Assembly: GCA_964540135.1 (NCBI GenBank)
Contig: CAZILK010000001.1
Coordinates: forward strand, 17,843-81,842
Source of the DNA: an uncultured Candidatus Saccharibacteria bacterium
GTDB lineage: Bacteria; Patescibacteriota; WWE3; UBA101185; UBA10185
Reading direction: 5' to 3'
Length of the DNA: 64,000 bases
Numbering within the stretch: the first letter of the stretch is position 1; each line of letters begins with the position of its first letter. Below, one piece after another: positions 21,409 to 32,140 of this stretch. Made by a program: the position numbers and the translations under genes. The notes beneath the pieces were generated by a model that did not search any database, had not been told where the DNA came from, and saw nothing but the letters and a program-made list of their open reading frames with translations.

Positions 21409-23624
21409 AGAGATTTGAAAATATTTATTTAAAAATAGTTGAGTTTGTATTAAAGTTTTATTTACCTCTTGGTGTTGTATGTTATCTTTTGTTAGCTGTT
21501 ATTCTAGCTCTAAAATTTGTAAGAGTACTTGGGCCAAATGAGTTTATCTTTATTCATGACGAGTATTTAACCCTAGACAAATTTCACGCATTAAGAGCTT
21601 TTTTGGTACAAAATCCAATCAATTTTGGAACATCGGAGACAACAAACCTGATAGTCACTTTTTTTTCAAGGTGCTACTACCTTGTTAGTTACAGTGTGGG
21701 TATGAGTATTGCTGGCTCACAGCTTCTTCTCTTTAGTATAAAGCTGTTCTTTATAGGATTTCTCCCGTTTTTGGGTTTTAAGAAAATCGCGCAAACATTA
21801 TTCAATATCGATCTAGGCCCTTGTGAAACTCTAGACTTGAAAGCTTGTACAAAGACTTTAGGTAACCTAATTGGTGTAGTGCTTGTTGCTTTAGTCTATT
21901 CATTTAATACCTACACATTGATCTATTGGCATGGAAATAGCTTTGAGCTAACTCTTTTACTTTGTTACGCGTTAGCACCTTTAGCGTTTTACTATTTTCA
22001 TACTGCTTTATTTAAGAAACAAACAATCCTAGCAGATTTTCTTAAGCCAGTAGTTATCTTGTTTTTCATGTCATTTGCATTCTATCTATGTATTGTTTTT
22101 GTACTATTTTTAATGCTGTATTTCTTGCTAATTCATTTTGTGTATAAAACTGATGGAGTCAGTTTACTTAAAAGACTTGGTATTCTTTCACTGTTATACA
22201 TACCTTTCTTACCACTCTTTGGTCTCATCCCGTATGAAATGCTTTTTAGTTCTGTAAGTGGCATTAACACTAGCGGTGGAGAGACATTTAACAACCTTGC
22301 CGGTAGTCTACTTTACCCGCTTTTCATGTGGTATTCATGGGGGATATATACTTACTGGGATCATAGAAATATATTTACTTTTCATGACTTTTTTAAACAC
22401 TTACCTTATTTATTTTCACCGATTCTTGTTTATGTACTTCTACTCGTAAGCATCTTTAAAAACAGTTATAGAAAATATTTACTTATCTTTCTACTTATCT
22501 TTTTATGCTTCTTGTTTTTTATAAAAGGACCTCAAGAGCCTTTTGGCGAACTGTTTAAAGCCTTGCTGGAAAAAGTCCCAGTATTTAGAGTATTTAGATC
22601 TCCTGATAATAAATTTGGATTTGCACTGGTACTTGCCCTTTGTTTATCAACTCTTTCAATAGTAGACAGAGTCAATAAAAAACTGCTTTTGCCGGTACTT
22701 ATATTCATGCTTCTTGTTCAGTCTCATTTGTTGATTAATTCAAAAGCAATAATCGGTGAGAATACCGATGATTCACGAGACCGGATAATCAGGTATACAC
22801 AAAAGCAAGAGCAATTAATACAGTTTTTGAATTCAAAAAGTCTAGCTTACGAAAATATCTTGCCGTACCCGCCGGATGAGTTTGGCAACTTCACTTTAGA
22901 GGACGGAGATTACCATATAGGTCAGGAGCTTATTTCCAAGAGGGTAGCTCAACCATTTATTTTCTATTCTAAATACAGTGGTGTGAGTACAGAGGTGTTT
23001 TCCATGCTAACCGACTTTTTAGAAGAAAAAGATTTTGAGATCGTAAAACAACTTCCTATAAATTATCTTCTAGTTCGAAGAGATATAGCGCATGTTGACT
23101 ACAACAATCACTTTATCGAGCGTATAAATCGGAGCTTTCCACTGCTTTTCTCCAATGAAACTTATAAGTTGTATGACATCGGTGCGCCAAGTATTCTTAG
23201 TTCAGATAACCTTATTGCTTTTAATGCTGTGAGTCCTATTCATTACAAACTCAAAGTAGATACAACAAGTGCATCTACTTTAACTTTTATGCAAAGTTAT
23301 AATCCCAAGTGGAAGTTATATGAAATAACTGAAGCCGAGTACCTAGCCTGTGATAACGAGAGCTGTAGGCATAGGCAGAAGCCTTTTCTTTCTGAGTTAG
23401 CTGTTCCATTTAAAGAGTCTCATTTCGAAAATTCACACAAGAAAAGCATGCTTGGTATGAATGAATGGGATTTAGATGGAACGAACCAAGATGTTAAGTA
23501 TTACTCGCTGTATTTCTCGCTCCAAAGTTACTTTTATTACTCCGTTCTTTTAGCAGGAGTGTACCTAATGTTTATGTTGTTAATTATAGCTACAAATCGG
23601 TATTCAAACAGAAATGCCAACTAA
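21405..23624 (+). CDS. YfhO/AftD-like GT-C membrane glycosyltransferase (paralog 1)
   Basis: FIHDE loop, YSFNTY, KGPQEPFG, FRSPDNKF and SYNPKWKLY motifs; terminal TM helix. Confidence 0.65.
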   Translation: MKRFENIYLKIVEFVLKFYLPLGVVCYLLLAVILALKFVRVLGPNEFIFIHDEYLTLDKFHALRAFLVQNPINFGTSETTNLIVTFFSRCYYLVSYSVGMSIAGSQLLLFSIKLFFIGFLPFLGFKKIAQTLFNIDLGPCETLDLKACTKTLGNLIGVVLVALVYSFNTYTLIYWHGNSFELTLLLCYALAPLAFYYFHTALFKKQTILADFLKPVVILFFMSFAFYLCIVFVLFLMLYFLLIHFVYKTDGVSLLKRLGILSLLYIPFLPLFGLIPYEMLFSSVSGINTSGGETFNNLAGSLLYPLFMWYSWGIYTYWDHRNIFTFHDFFKHLPYLFSPILVYVLLLVSIFKNSYRKYLLIFLLIFLCFLFFIKGPQEPFGELFKALLEKVPVFRVFRSPDNKFGFALVLALCLSTLSIVDRVNKKLLLPVLIFMLLVQSHLLINSKAIIGENTDDSRDRIIRYTQKQEQLIQFLNSKSLAYENILPYPPDEFGNFTLEDGDYHIGQELISKRVAQPFIFYSKYSGVSTEVFSMLTDFLEEKDFEIVKQLPINYLLVRRDIAHVDYNNHFIERINRSFPLLFSNETYKLYDIGAPSILSSDNLIAFNAVSPIHYKLKVDTTSASTLTFMQSYNPKWKLYEITEAEYLACDNESCRHRQKPFLSELAVPFKESHFENSHKKSMLGMNEWDLDGTNQDVKYYSLYFSLQSYFYYSVLLAGVYLMFMLLIIATNRYSNRNAN

Positions 23625-25698
23625 GAAATACTTGCCCTATATCGCATCTATCGTAATAGCATTACTTTTTACTTTCACAACATTTAAAGGTGTAAAAAAC
23701 AACGAATTCATTTTTATTTCTGATCAATTTATAAAAGTTAGTTTTGAGGAGGCATCAAAATCTTTTCTGCATTTACGCAAGCTTGAAAATCTTGGAGTTC
23801 ACAATGCGTGGCAAAGCACTGTACAATTTTTTGATTCCATTTATTATTTGGTATCGTATAAGATTGGTTTAACTGTTCTTCATAGTGAAATGCTACTGCA
23901 TTTCATCATCACCTTTCTTACACTAGTCGTATCATTTGAGGCATTCAAAAGACTAAACGAGAAAGTTTTTGGTAATACTTCTACCCTCTCATCTTTTATT
24001 GTTGCGCTATTTTATACTTTTAATCCCTATACGTTTGTTTTGTGGCATGGCGGAGTATATAACTTGGGATCGTGCTTAACCTATGCTTTTGCACCAACCC
24101 TACTTTATTTGGTGTATAAACTTACTTTCTTAAAAAGTTCTGTTAGTACCGCGTTAGCTCTTTCTGTAGTTCTGTTTTTATCTTCATTTGTGTTTTGGAT
24201 GCTAGCTCCAATCTTGTTTTATTTACTTTTGCTAACACCAGTATTTCTTATCATAAACACTTACAAAACAAAAAGCTTTCCTTTAAGACAGTTAGGTTTG
24301 TTTTCACTAACAGCTTTGGTGTATCTGCTGCTTGTTGGTTTCATACTACACTCAATTCTTTTTGAGTTTTTCAATACTGCCGGGTACGCAAGTCCTTTCT
24401 CCACACCGACCTACGGTAATCAGGGAGGGGGACTTAATTATATTCTCAAGCTCTATTTTTCTTGGGGTATTTATAATGTCTGGACACCAAGGACTATATA
24501 CCCAAAGCCAATTACAGATTATTTCTTTTCCAATTTCTATCTTTTTGGATTATTTAGCCTTTATGTTATGGCTTTACTTCCTATGTTGTACTTTTTAGTA
24601 AAAAAGAGTTTAGCTAAACTAGCCCCTCTTTATGTGATCCACTTAGTTTTACTATTAATCTTTATGTTTTTTGCAAAGGCAAATCAGCCTCCGTTTGGAG
24701 AAGTCTTTGATTGGTTATATAGTAATGTAGCTTTTTTCAAAGTTTTTCGAACGGCTGATGTTAGATTCGGGTTTGTAATTGTATTGTGCCTTAGTATCCT
24801 TTTGTTATATAGCTCAAAATTTATAAAAAGGTCTATTTTTGTAGTTCTTACAATTTTTTCCATCATTCTACTTGTTTTCTGGCTATTTACAGGTAAAGCA
24901 ACAAGGGGGTTTGAAATTGACAACATTTCGTACGATAGAATTGTTTATCAAACAGAGGATAGTAAAGGGCTCATAGCGTTTTTAAACGCGAACAAATTTT
25001 TAGATAGGTACGTCCTAATCTTACCAGGATTTTCGTATCATACTTTTGAACTTAAGAAAGGGGATTTCTTTGTTGGCCAAGATATTATCTCAAAGTTTGT
25101 CACCTCCCCTTTCATTTATCCCAATCAGGGAACAACTGATTTATATCTTAGTAGTTATCAGGCGCTTGCAGCCATACTTAAGGCGCGAAGCTACGATCAG
25201 TTTAATAATCTACCGGTGAAATATATTGTATTAAGGCGTGATATCAGCTGTACAGACTGTTATACACAAGAATTAGAAGATTTAGAAAAGAGTCGGGTTT
25301 TTAAGCAAGTATTTGCAAACAGCACTTTTAAAGTTCTAGAGGTGCCGGATAGTGTTGGCATAGTTGAAAATGTAAAAAACTATGTAATGAAATCTCCAGT
25401 CTATATACCTATTTTCAAACCTGAAAGTACAATTAACTTAAACTTAAGTTATAACGATAGCTGGAGATTATATTACGGATCTAAGATTAATCCGCTTAGT
25501 TTAGTGAGAGATTATTTTGCAGATAATGGCCTAAAACCGCGTCAAGTTGGGCCTTTCATGCAGTTTACTAATATTCCACAAGCAGAATCATATACTTTGG
25601 TTTTCGCACCGCAGATTTTGTATTACATGTTACTAGAACTAAGTTTAGTCACAGTGTCGCTTGTTTTAATTTACTTATATAATAGAAAAGATGTTTAA
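23614..25698 (+). CDS. YfhO/AftD-like GT-C membrane glycosyltransferase (paralog 2)
   Basis: FISDQ, YTFNPY, KANQPPFG, FRTADVRF and SYNDSWRLY motifs, collinear with the upstream gene. Confidence 0.65.
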   Translation: MPTKKYLPYIASIVIALLFTFTTFKGVKNNEFIFISDQFIKVSFEEASKSFLHLRKLENLGVHNAWQSTVQFFDSIYYLVSYKIGLTVLHSEMLLHFIITFLTLVVSFEAFKRLNEKVFGNTSTLSSFIVALFYTFNPYTFVLWHGGVYNLGSCLTYAFAPTLLYLVYKLTFLKSSVSTALALSVVLFLSSFVFWMLAPILFYLLLLTPVFLIINTYKTKSFPLRQLGLFSLTALVYLLLVGFILHSILFEFFNTAGYASPFSTPTYGNQGGGLNYILKLYFSWGIYNVWTPRTIYPKPITDYFFSNFYLFGLFSLYVMALLPMLYFLVKKSLAKLAPLYVIHLVLLLIFMFFAKANQPPFGEVFDWLYSNVAFFKVFRTADVRFGFVIVLCLSILLLYSSKFIKRSIFVVLTIFSIILLVFWLFTGKATRGFEIDNISYDRIVYQTEDSKGLIAFLNANKFLDRYVLILPGFSYHTFELKKGDFFVGQDIISKFVTSPFIYPNQGTTDLYLSSYQALAAILKARSYDQFNNLPVKYIVLRRDISCTDCYTQELEDLEKSRVFKQVFANSTFKVLEVPDSVGIVENVKNYVMKSPVYIPIFKPESTINLNLSYNDSWRLYYGSKINPLSLVRDYFADNGLKPRQVGPFMQFTNIPQAESYTLVFAPQILYYMLLELSLVTVSLVLIYLYNRKDV

Positions 25699-27322
25699 TT
25701 CTTCACTTATTTACGATTACAACGACATTGCGTCGTATTTTATCTCGGCACTTCGCGAAAGAAGTGGAGTAAACCACTTTTCTTTAGTTGAAGCATCTCC
25801 AATACTCACAAAGCTCGAGCCTTTAAACGGGCTTATAAATTTATTCTTTTTCAAACTGTTTGATCAAATACTGGCAATAAACTTGATTTCCATCATGTAC
25901 TTAGTACTTGGGTTTACTGTGTCTTACATTTTATTTAAAAAAATAAGTAAGAATAATGTCTTGTCGATCTGTTTTGCATTTTTCAATACCTTCTCAATTT
26001 ACAATCTCTATCGAATAATTTCGTTTACAACAGACCTGATGCAGTTTTTTATGTTCCCATTAACCATCTATTTGTTATATACAAAAAAACTTAAACCGCA
26101 TCTTCTAGCTTTATTGTGTCTTGTTGGTTTTGGACTGAGCATATACTCATCGTTTATGTGTGTTGTTGTAATTCTTTTTTGGTATCTCAGCGATTTGTTT
26201 TTCTCACAAAGCATTTTAAGTCAAAGACTTAAGGAAGTTACTAAAAACTTTTTATTATTTCTTGCGCCGCTATTTGTTGTTGGGGCAGTTCTTTATAGCA
26301 GTGTAATCTTACCTTCTCTGCCTTACTTTGCACGGTTCACGAGAGATGAGAACAAGCTAATTAGGAACATGAAAACAAAGTACAGACCAATTGAGGATTT
26401 TTACAGCTTAAGCTTTAGACCTTGGTATTTTGTAATTCCACCAAAAAACTCAGTTTTTTTTGGAGAAGTTGGCAGATCGGCATATAAAAGAATAAGTGAA
26501 ACCGGTTACTTTCTTGCTGATGATTATACAGAGGAAGAAGCAGCGGGGAGTTATTTAGGTTGGCATTTTATTTTAGGCGCTCTTTTTGTGTATGCCTATT
26601 TAATGTATAGAAAACTCTCTCACAGCACAGCAAGAGGTTTTGACTCAATCCTGGAAAACGAGACTCTAATTTTAAGACTCGGGTTAATTACAATCTTAAT
26701 TCTTCTTGTAAGCCACCCACCCACCTTTACAATAAGTGGTATTATATTTGTAACTCCAACTTACTTCATTTATAAGTTTCTCCCAGTATTTAGAACACTT
26801 GTCAGGTTCAGTGCATTCATATATTTATTTATCTTGATTATAAACCTTATCTTATACACGGACTTATACAACAAGATGACTGCCAAATTGCGAGTTTTGT
26901 TTGTGCCGGTTTTACTTATCTCCACGTTTGTAGTTATGCAAATTAAGCTGCCGATAGTAGATGTTAAAAGAGCTCCTTCTGATATCGCCTTCATTAAGAA
27001 TTACATGAGAGAGCCGTATAACTTTGCTGTATATCCAAAAGGGGACTATTATTCCATTTTTTGGCTGTTAAATACTAAAAAGCTATTGATAAACCCTGTC
27101 GATTTTATTAACGAAGAGTCTGGATTTGACTCAAATAAGTTCAGCAAATCTCTTAATACGGTGGAAGGCTTGGCAGCTGCAAGGTCGTATGAGGCAAAGC
27201 TGTTGGTTGTGTATAAAAAGCAATTACCGCTAAAAACTGCTCAAAAGGATTTAGAATTCTTTACAACAGTGCTAGGGGAGCCTGTTTTTGAGTCTAGTGA
27301 GGCTGTAATATTTACTTTGTAA
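25691..27322 (+). CDS. Polytopic membrane protein, probable YfhO-like GT-C
   Basis: Many TM helices; 'SFRPWYF', 'SYLGW' and 'LPVFRTLVRF' motifs. Confidence 0.55.
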   Translation: MFNSSLIYDYNDIASYFISALRERSGVNHFSLVEASPILTKLEPLNGLINLFFFKLFDQILAINLISIMYLVLGFTVSYILFKKISKNNVLSICFAFFNTFSIYNLYRIISFTTDLMQFFMFPLTIYLLYTKKLKPHLLALLCLVGFGLSIYSSFMCVVVILFWYLSDLFFSQSILSQRLKEVTKNFLLFLAPLFVVGAVLYSSVILPSLPYFARFTRDENKLIRNMKTKYRPIEDFYSLSFRPWYFVIPPKNSVFFGEVGRSAYKRISETGYFLADDYTEEEAAGSYLGWHFILGALFVYAYLMYRKLSHSTARGFDSILENETLILRLGLITILILLVSHPPTFTISGIIFVTPTYFIYKFLPVFRTLVRFSAFIYLFILIINLILYTDLYNKMTAKLRVLFVPVLLISTFVVMQIKLPIVDVKRAPSDIAFIKNYMREPYNFAVYPKGDYYSIFWLLNTKKLLINPVDFINEESGFDSNKFSKSLNTVEGLAAARSYEAKLLVVYKKQLPLKTAQKDLEFFTTVLGEPVFESSEAVIFTL

Positions 27323-27343
27323 GCAATATGTTAAGATAAATCT

Positions 27344-27754
27344 ATGCAATTCCTGAACTTTAATATGTTTTTGGTTTTATTGCTTACCTTATTTGTTATT
27401 TTCTATATTTTGGATCTTGATTCGCTTGTTAAACTTGAAAACAAAAACATTTTGTTAAAAAGACCTATCACCAATCTCTTACTTTTGGGAATAGTATTAG
27501 GACTTATTTCACGTGGTGGTATGCAAAACTTCTTAGTCTTTTTAGTTTCTGTTGCCTTTGTTCTCTTTGTTATCTTTCTTTTCTCTCTTGATAGAAAGCT
27601 TATGTTTTTGCTGTTGGGGGTGTTACTACTTTCACTGCCATTTCTTTATTCCTTAAACTTGCTGTTTATAGCAATACATCTCGCTACTCTTATTTTTTTA
27701 CTTCTTTTGGTTGTTGTGTGTAAGGAGCTATCACGTGAAAGCAGTCTTTCTTAA
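27344..27754 (+). CDS. Small hypothetical membrane protein with about 4-5 TM helices
   Basis: Leu/Phe-rich hydrophobic ORF preceded by TGtTAAGAT-N6-ATG. Confidence 0.65.
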   Translation: MQFLNFNMFLVLLLTLFVIFYILDLDSLVKLENKNILLKRPITNLLLLGIVLGLISRGGMQNFLVFLVSVAFVLFVIFLFSLDRKLMFLLLGVLLLSLPFLYSLNLLFIAIHLATLIFLLLLVVVCKELSRESSLS

Positions 27755-29726
27755 ATTATTGTTCTTTGGCTTTGTTCTTTTTAATACAGCGTACGCTGAA
27801 TCCAAATACGAGTACTATAAAGAGCATTTCGAAGCTATTAAAACTTCAGCAATGCGTGAATCAGCAATAAACACCAAGATTTTGGTTCGTGGTAAAGGCT
27901 TTTTTCGCGATGATTATGATATTCTTTTTACTTCTAAATTAACACCAAATCAAATGGAGAAGTTTAAAACAAATGCGATTCTCATTTGCGATAAGACCTA
28001 TCAAGTGACTAGTGATATTGCATGTGGGATTGATAGCGTGACAGGCAAGGGTTTACAAGTTACAGATTTTGAAAAGTTAAAAATATATTCTCTAACAAGC
28101 AGTACCGGAACTTTAATAATTATTCCTGAAAGTAATTTTGTATTACCAGCACATAAGAATACACTTAGAAAGTTTTTAACTAACCTATACAAATCACAGT
28201 TAAATCCATCTGCCTCGAATTTTGCTAAATATGAATATATCAATAATATCTATTCAAATAGTGTAACAAAGATTGTTCTCTTGGTTGCGCTCCTCCTTTC
28301 AGTCATAGGGTTAGCCCGATTTATTCATAATTTTAAACCTGCGGTTAAAAAGTCTATATTTACGATACTTCTGGCAGATTTCATTACACTGATCCCAGTC
28401 TCTCTATTTGTTTATACTCGTGAGTCAATACCCCTAGCTTTAGATAGCTATGCATCCTTCATTACACGGTTGTTAGATCCATTTATTTTCATACAGTCAC
28501 TAACAACATACTCATTTATGGAGATTGCCGTTGCCTCGATGTTATATGTTTTCATAATACTCAGTTTTGTACTGTTTGTTTTACCAACTGTACATGGATT
28601 TGTTGCAAATTCCTTCACAGACCTTAATGTTAAGAACAAGGACTACTCAAAATATGTCCTGCTGCTTACATGGGCTTTAACTGCTCTTGTTTTAATTACC
28701 CCCGCTGTTAAAAATCCGTATTTACTTTTCGTTCTTCTTATACTAGTTTTTATCTTAAACAACATACGAAGTGTTGATAAAAAAGAGAGCAAAGATAGCT
28801 ATAAAAAGATTGTTATAGTTACAACACTTGTGGCTCTAAATGTTTTCTTTTACCTATTTGTTAATGTATTAAACTTAATACCCGGTAAAACATTGAAATT
28901 ATTTGGTGGATCGTCTCTACTTCCCACTACATTTAACGAAGCAGCTGCAGTTGCTATAGAGCCGTTGTATCCAGCATCAAATTCTCTTGTGTTTGCAGAC
29001 AAGTACCTAATCTATCACCCAAGCATTAAGAATATTGTTAATGTTCCTATCTCGAAATTCACAAGCACCGCAAATCATATTATTGTCCTACCTGATATTG
29101 AGGACTCATTGTTTAAAATTATCCACGAAGATAATGAATTAAAATACAAACTAATGACAAACAATAAGACAAGTTATCTGACTTTTAATGCTGACAGTCA
29201 AAAACAGTATATGCTGAAATTAACATTTAAATGTTCAAAAGAATTAGCTAGCTTTGACGGTAATTTTAAGCCATTTTACTTTAATAGCAGGCTTGGGGAG
29301 TTTGTGACAGATGGTGCCAGACTGCCATTTATGACTTTCACAGGGTGTACCTATATAGAAGGTAATGAGGGTACATATAGCGTACCTCTAACTTTACCTG
29401 AAGACTTTATGACCGGTGAGATTATTATGAAGTTCAACTTTTCGGTCAGTGATTATGTTGATGATATGACTTTATTTGAGAATAATATAGAGAAAGACTT
29501 CGACTATATTAACTTGACGACAGTTGAAAATGTAGCCTATCAAATCTATACAGATTACACTCAACCGGTATACGTTTATAGTGATATTTCAGAGGAGGTT
29601 AAATTTAGTAGTAACTACCTAATCTCTCAAAATATTAACAGCTTATTGTCAAAAGGTTTAATAAACGGGCACTTTACACTGTGGTCAGATACATTTGGGG
29701 CTTCAATCAAAAACACTAACAAATGA
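27735..29726 (+). CDS. Hypothetical membrane protein with a signal-like N-terminus and large soluble domains
   Basis: GTG start gives a signal-peptide-like segment ending AYA, then a central TM block and a beta-rich C-terminus. Start uncertain (27711 or 27735). Confidence 0.65.
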   Translation: MKAVFLKLLFFGFVLFNTAYAESKYEYYKEHFEAIKTSAMRESAINTKILVRGKGFFRDDYDILFTSKLTPNQMEKFKTNAILICDKTYQVTSDIACGIDSVTGKGLQVTDFEKLKIYSLTSSTGTLIIIPESNFVLPAHKNTLRKFLTNLYKSQLNPSASNFAKYEYINNIYSNSVTKIVLLVALLLSVIGLARFIHNFKPAVKKSIFTILLADFITLIPVSLFVYTRESIPLALDSYASFITRLLDPFIFIQSLTTYSFMEIAVASMLYVFIILSFVLFVLPTVHGFVANSFTDLNVKNKDYSKYVLLLTWALTALVLITPAVKNPYLLFVLLILVFILNNIRSVDKKESKDSYKKIVIVTTLVALNVFFYLFVNVLNLIPGKTLKLFGGSSLLPTTFNEAAAVAIEPLYPASNSLVFADKYLIYHPSIKNIVNVPISKFTSTANHIIVLPDIEDSLFKIIHEDNELKYKLMTNNKTSYLTFNADSQKQYMLKLTFKCSKELASFDGNFKPFYFNSRLGEFVTDGARLPFMTFTGCTYIEGNEGTYSVPLTLPEDFMTGEIIMKFNFSVSDYVDDMTLFENNIEKDFDYINLTTVENVAYQIYTDYTQPVYVYSDISEEVKFSSNYLISQNINSLLSKGLINGHFTLWSDTFGASIKNTNK

Positions 29727-29800
29727 AACAGATAGGTTCGTGTTTAGTAGTCATTTTTATCAGTGTTTTTATGTTAAATAAGTTATATAGTATTTAGTAA

Positions 29801-30523
29801 ATGTTTAAAACTAACCTCTTTTCCAAATTTCCATTTTTATCAAATGGGAAAAATAGAGATGAGTGGATAAGAAATAAACTTCTCGCAATTCCTGATGGCA
29901 TGTCTATCCTTGATGCTGGGGCAGGTGAATGTCCATATAAGATTTATTGCAGCCATCTAAATTACACAAGCCAAGACTTTGGCAAGTACGATGGTGTTGG
30001 GGATTCTGTTGGGTTACAAACAGCTAAGTGGGATAACTCCAGGCTAGACATAGTTTCAGATATAACTGCAATTCCAGTTGAATCAGCAAGCTTTGACTAT
30101 ATTTTATGCTCTGAAGTTATTGAGCATGTTCCATTCCCAGACCAGGCAGTAAAAGAAATGGCTAGAATTCTAAAATCTGGTGGGAGGCTAATATTAACGT
30201 CCCCCTTTTGCTCGCAAACTCACTTTGCTCCTTACCACTTTTGTACGGGGTTTAACATCTATTGGTATGAAACAGTTTTAGGAAAATACGATTTAGAACT
30301 AGAAGAGGTTGTTAAAAACGGCAATTATTTTGACTATGTCTTGCAGGAGTTAACTAGATTGCCGATTGTAGGTATGAGATTCTCAAGCTTAAAAGTGTTT
30401 AGCTTGTTTTTATATCTATTCATTATCCCTCTCGTGTTTATACTTTTTTTGTTTAGTCTTGTGTGTAAAGACAGTAGCTCGCTCATGTGTTTTGGTTACC
30501 AGGTTGTAGCAAAAAAGAAGTGA
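29801..30523 (+). CDS. Class I SAM-dependent methyltransferase (type 11)
   Basis: ILDAGAGE, DITAIP, CSEVIEHVP and RILKSGG motifs. Confidence 0.88.
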   Translation: MFKTNLFSKFPFLSNGKNRDEWIRNKLLAIPDGMSILDAGAGECPYKIYCSHLNYTSQDFGKYDGVGDSVGLQTAKWDNSRLDIVSDITAIPVESASFDYILCSEVIEHVPFPDQAVKEMARILKSGGRLILTSPFCSQTHFAPYHFCTGFNIYWYETVLGKYDLELEEVVKNGNYFDYVLQELTRLPIVGMRFSSLKVFSLFLYLFIIPLVFILFLFSLVCKDSSSLMCFGYQVVAKKK

Positions 30524-30667
30524 TTAGGTGAGTTTCTTAATGCTTGATATAGTCGAAACACCTTAATAGTGTTGGCAAGGAGTATAATCTTGTATACTGT
30601 AAGCGAGCTATGGTTGCAGTTTTCACTCTCGAGTCTATTGAGTTTGTAACAACCATAAAACCTAAGA

Positions 30668-32140
30668 ATGAAAGTCACAATTATAAAGATTAGCTGTTTC
30701 GCATTTTTAATCTATTTTTTAGGTTTTCTCTTTTTAAATAAGAGTGGCATAAACACTCTTCCCATACAGTCAGAAGACACTGTTCCAGCAATGTTTTTAC
30801 CAGTGACTTTGATAAAAGAACGAACCATGTTTGCCGATACCTATGTGAAAATGATGAAAGAGCGTTACCCCCAGCCAGATGACAAGCTTGGTATTTTAGG
30901 TTACACGCCTTTTTATCTAAAAAAAGTAGTGAAACTAAGTGAGCCTTACAAAGATTGTCTAAAGCATCCTAAAGATGCCGTTTGTTCAGTTACTACAAAT
31001 AAGTATGAGACGCACTACATGACTGCTTTTACAGTAGTACCGGGTTTATTAATAACCCCTGTTTATCTTATTCCTCTTGCTTTTAACATGCCTGTTACCT
31101 GGGATAATCTTATACTTTTGTCTCACATCTCTTCAGCACTGATTGTTATGCTCTGTGGTGTTTTTATGTATATTCTGTTACGAAAATTCTTTCTAGCACG
31201 AAGTGGGGATGACTCAAAAGCAGTGCTTTTAACCTGTGTCTATCTTTTTGGTACAGTAAATTTTGCAATGGTTTCCCAGTCTTTGTGGCAACACGGGTTT
31301 GTACAATTATTTTTGATAATTGGTCTTATCTTTTTACAAACCGGACTCACAAAATATTCCAAGTCCTCGTTCATGTTGTCTGGTCTTTTTCTTGCTCTCG
31401 CTGTTTTATCAAGACCAACAGCTGCACTTTTTGCGGTACTACTGTACGTATTAATACCAATAACCTTTAGGAGAGATTTTCCAAAGCTAGTACGGGGAAC
31501 AGTTTACCAAGCTTTAGGAGTTCTTCCTGCCGCCTTTTTCTTTTTTTGGTATAACGCTAAATACTTTGGGAGTATTGCAAATCAAGGGTACGCAGGTCAG
31601 TTTTTTAATAGTTGGTTATCTCCTTTTCCTGAAGGGTTTTTAGGTATCTGGGTTTCACCAAGTAAAGGTATCCTAATTTACTCTCCAGTTCTCTTGTATA
31701 TTTTCTTTGGTATCTTAAGAGTTGTTAAAAACAAGAAGATTGAAAACAAAAGCATCTATATTATATCCGCTATAATTATCCTACTTCACACACTTCTCAT
31801 GGGTAAATGGAAGCATTGGTATGGAGGATTTTCTTTTGGTTATAGATTAGCTTCAGATGCTCTGCCGTTTTTTATTTTGCTCCTTGTTCCATATATTACT
31901 TCTAGTTTTCATGAGAAATACAAAAAAGTCTTCTATGCTCTTTTTGCTTTTTCAGTTTTCGTTCAAATTTCAGGCATGGTCTTTTTTGATGGTATTTGGC
32001 ATAACGCATACGATGATGGGTTTAGAGATACAAAATGGCTATGGTCTGTTAGAGACTCTGAAGCAGGTTTTAATGTGAGGAGGGTACTAGTGAAGTCAGG
32101 GTTTCTTGAGCGTGCCTGTCCGGAGTGTTTGAGTAACTAA
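30668..32140 (+). CDS. GT-C fold membrane glycosyltransferase
   Basis: QSED loop, SLWQH, LSRP, SPSKGILIYSP and WYGGFSFGYR motifs. Confidence 0.7.
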   Translation: MKVTIIKISCFAFLIYFLGFLFLNKSGINTLPIQSEDTVPAMFLPVTLIKERTMFADTYVKMMKERYPQPDDKLGILGYTPFYLKKVVKLSEPYKDCLKHPKDAVCSVTTNKYETHYMTAFTVVPGLLITPVYLIPLAFNMPVTWDNLILLSHISSALIVMLCGVFMYILLRKFFLARSGDDSKAVLLTCVYLFGTVNFAMVSQSLWQHGFVQLFLIIGLIFLQTGLTKYSKSSFMLSGLFLALAVLSRPTAALFAVLLYVLIPITFRRDFPKLVRGTVYQALGVLPAAFFFFWYNAKYFGSIANQGYAGQFFNSWLSPFPEGFLGIWVSPSKGILIYSPVLLYIFFGILRVVKNKKIENKSIYIISAIIILLHTLLMGKWKHWYGGFSFGYRLASDALPFFILLLVPYITSSFHEKYKKVFYALFAFSVFVQISGMVFFDGIWHNAYDDGFRDTKWLWSVRDSEAGFNVRRVLVKSGFLERACPECLSN

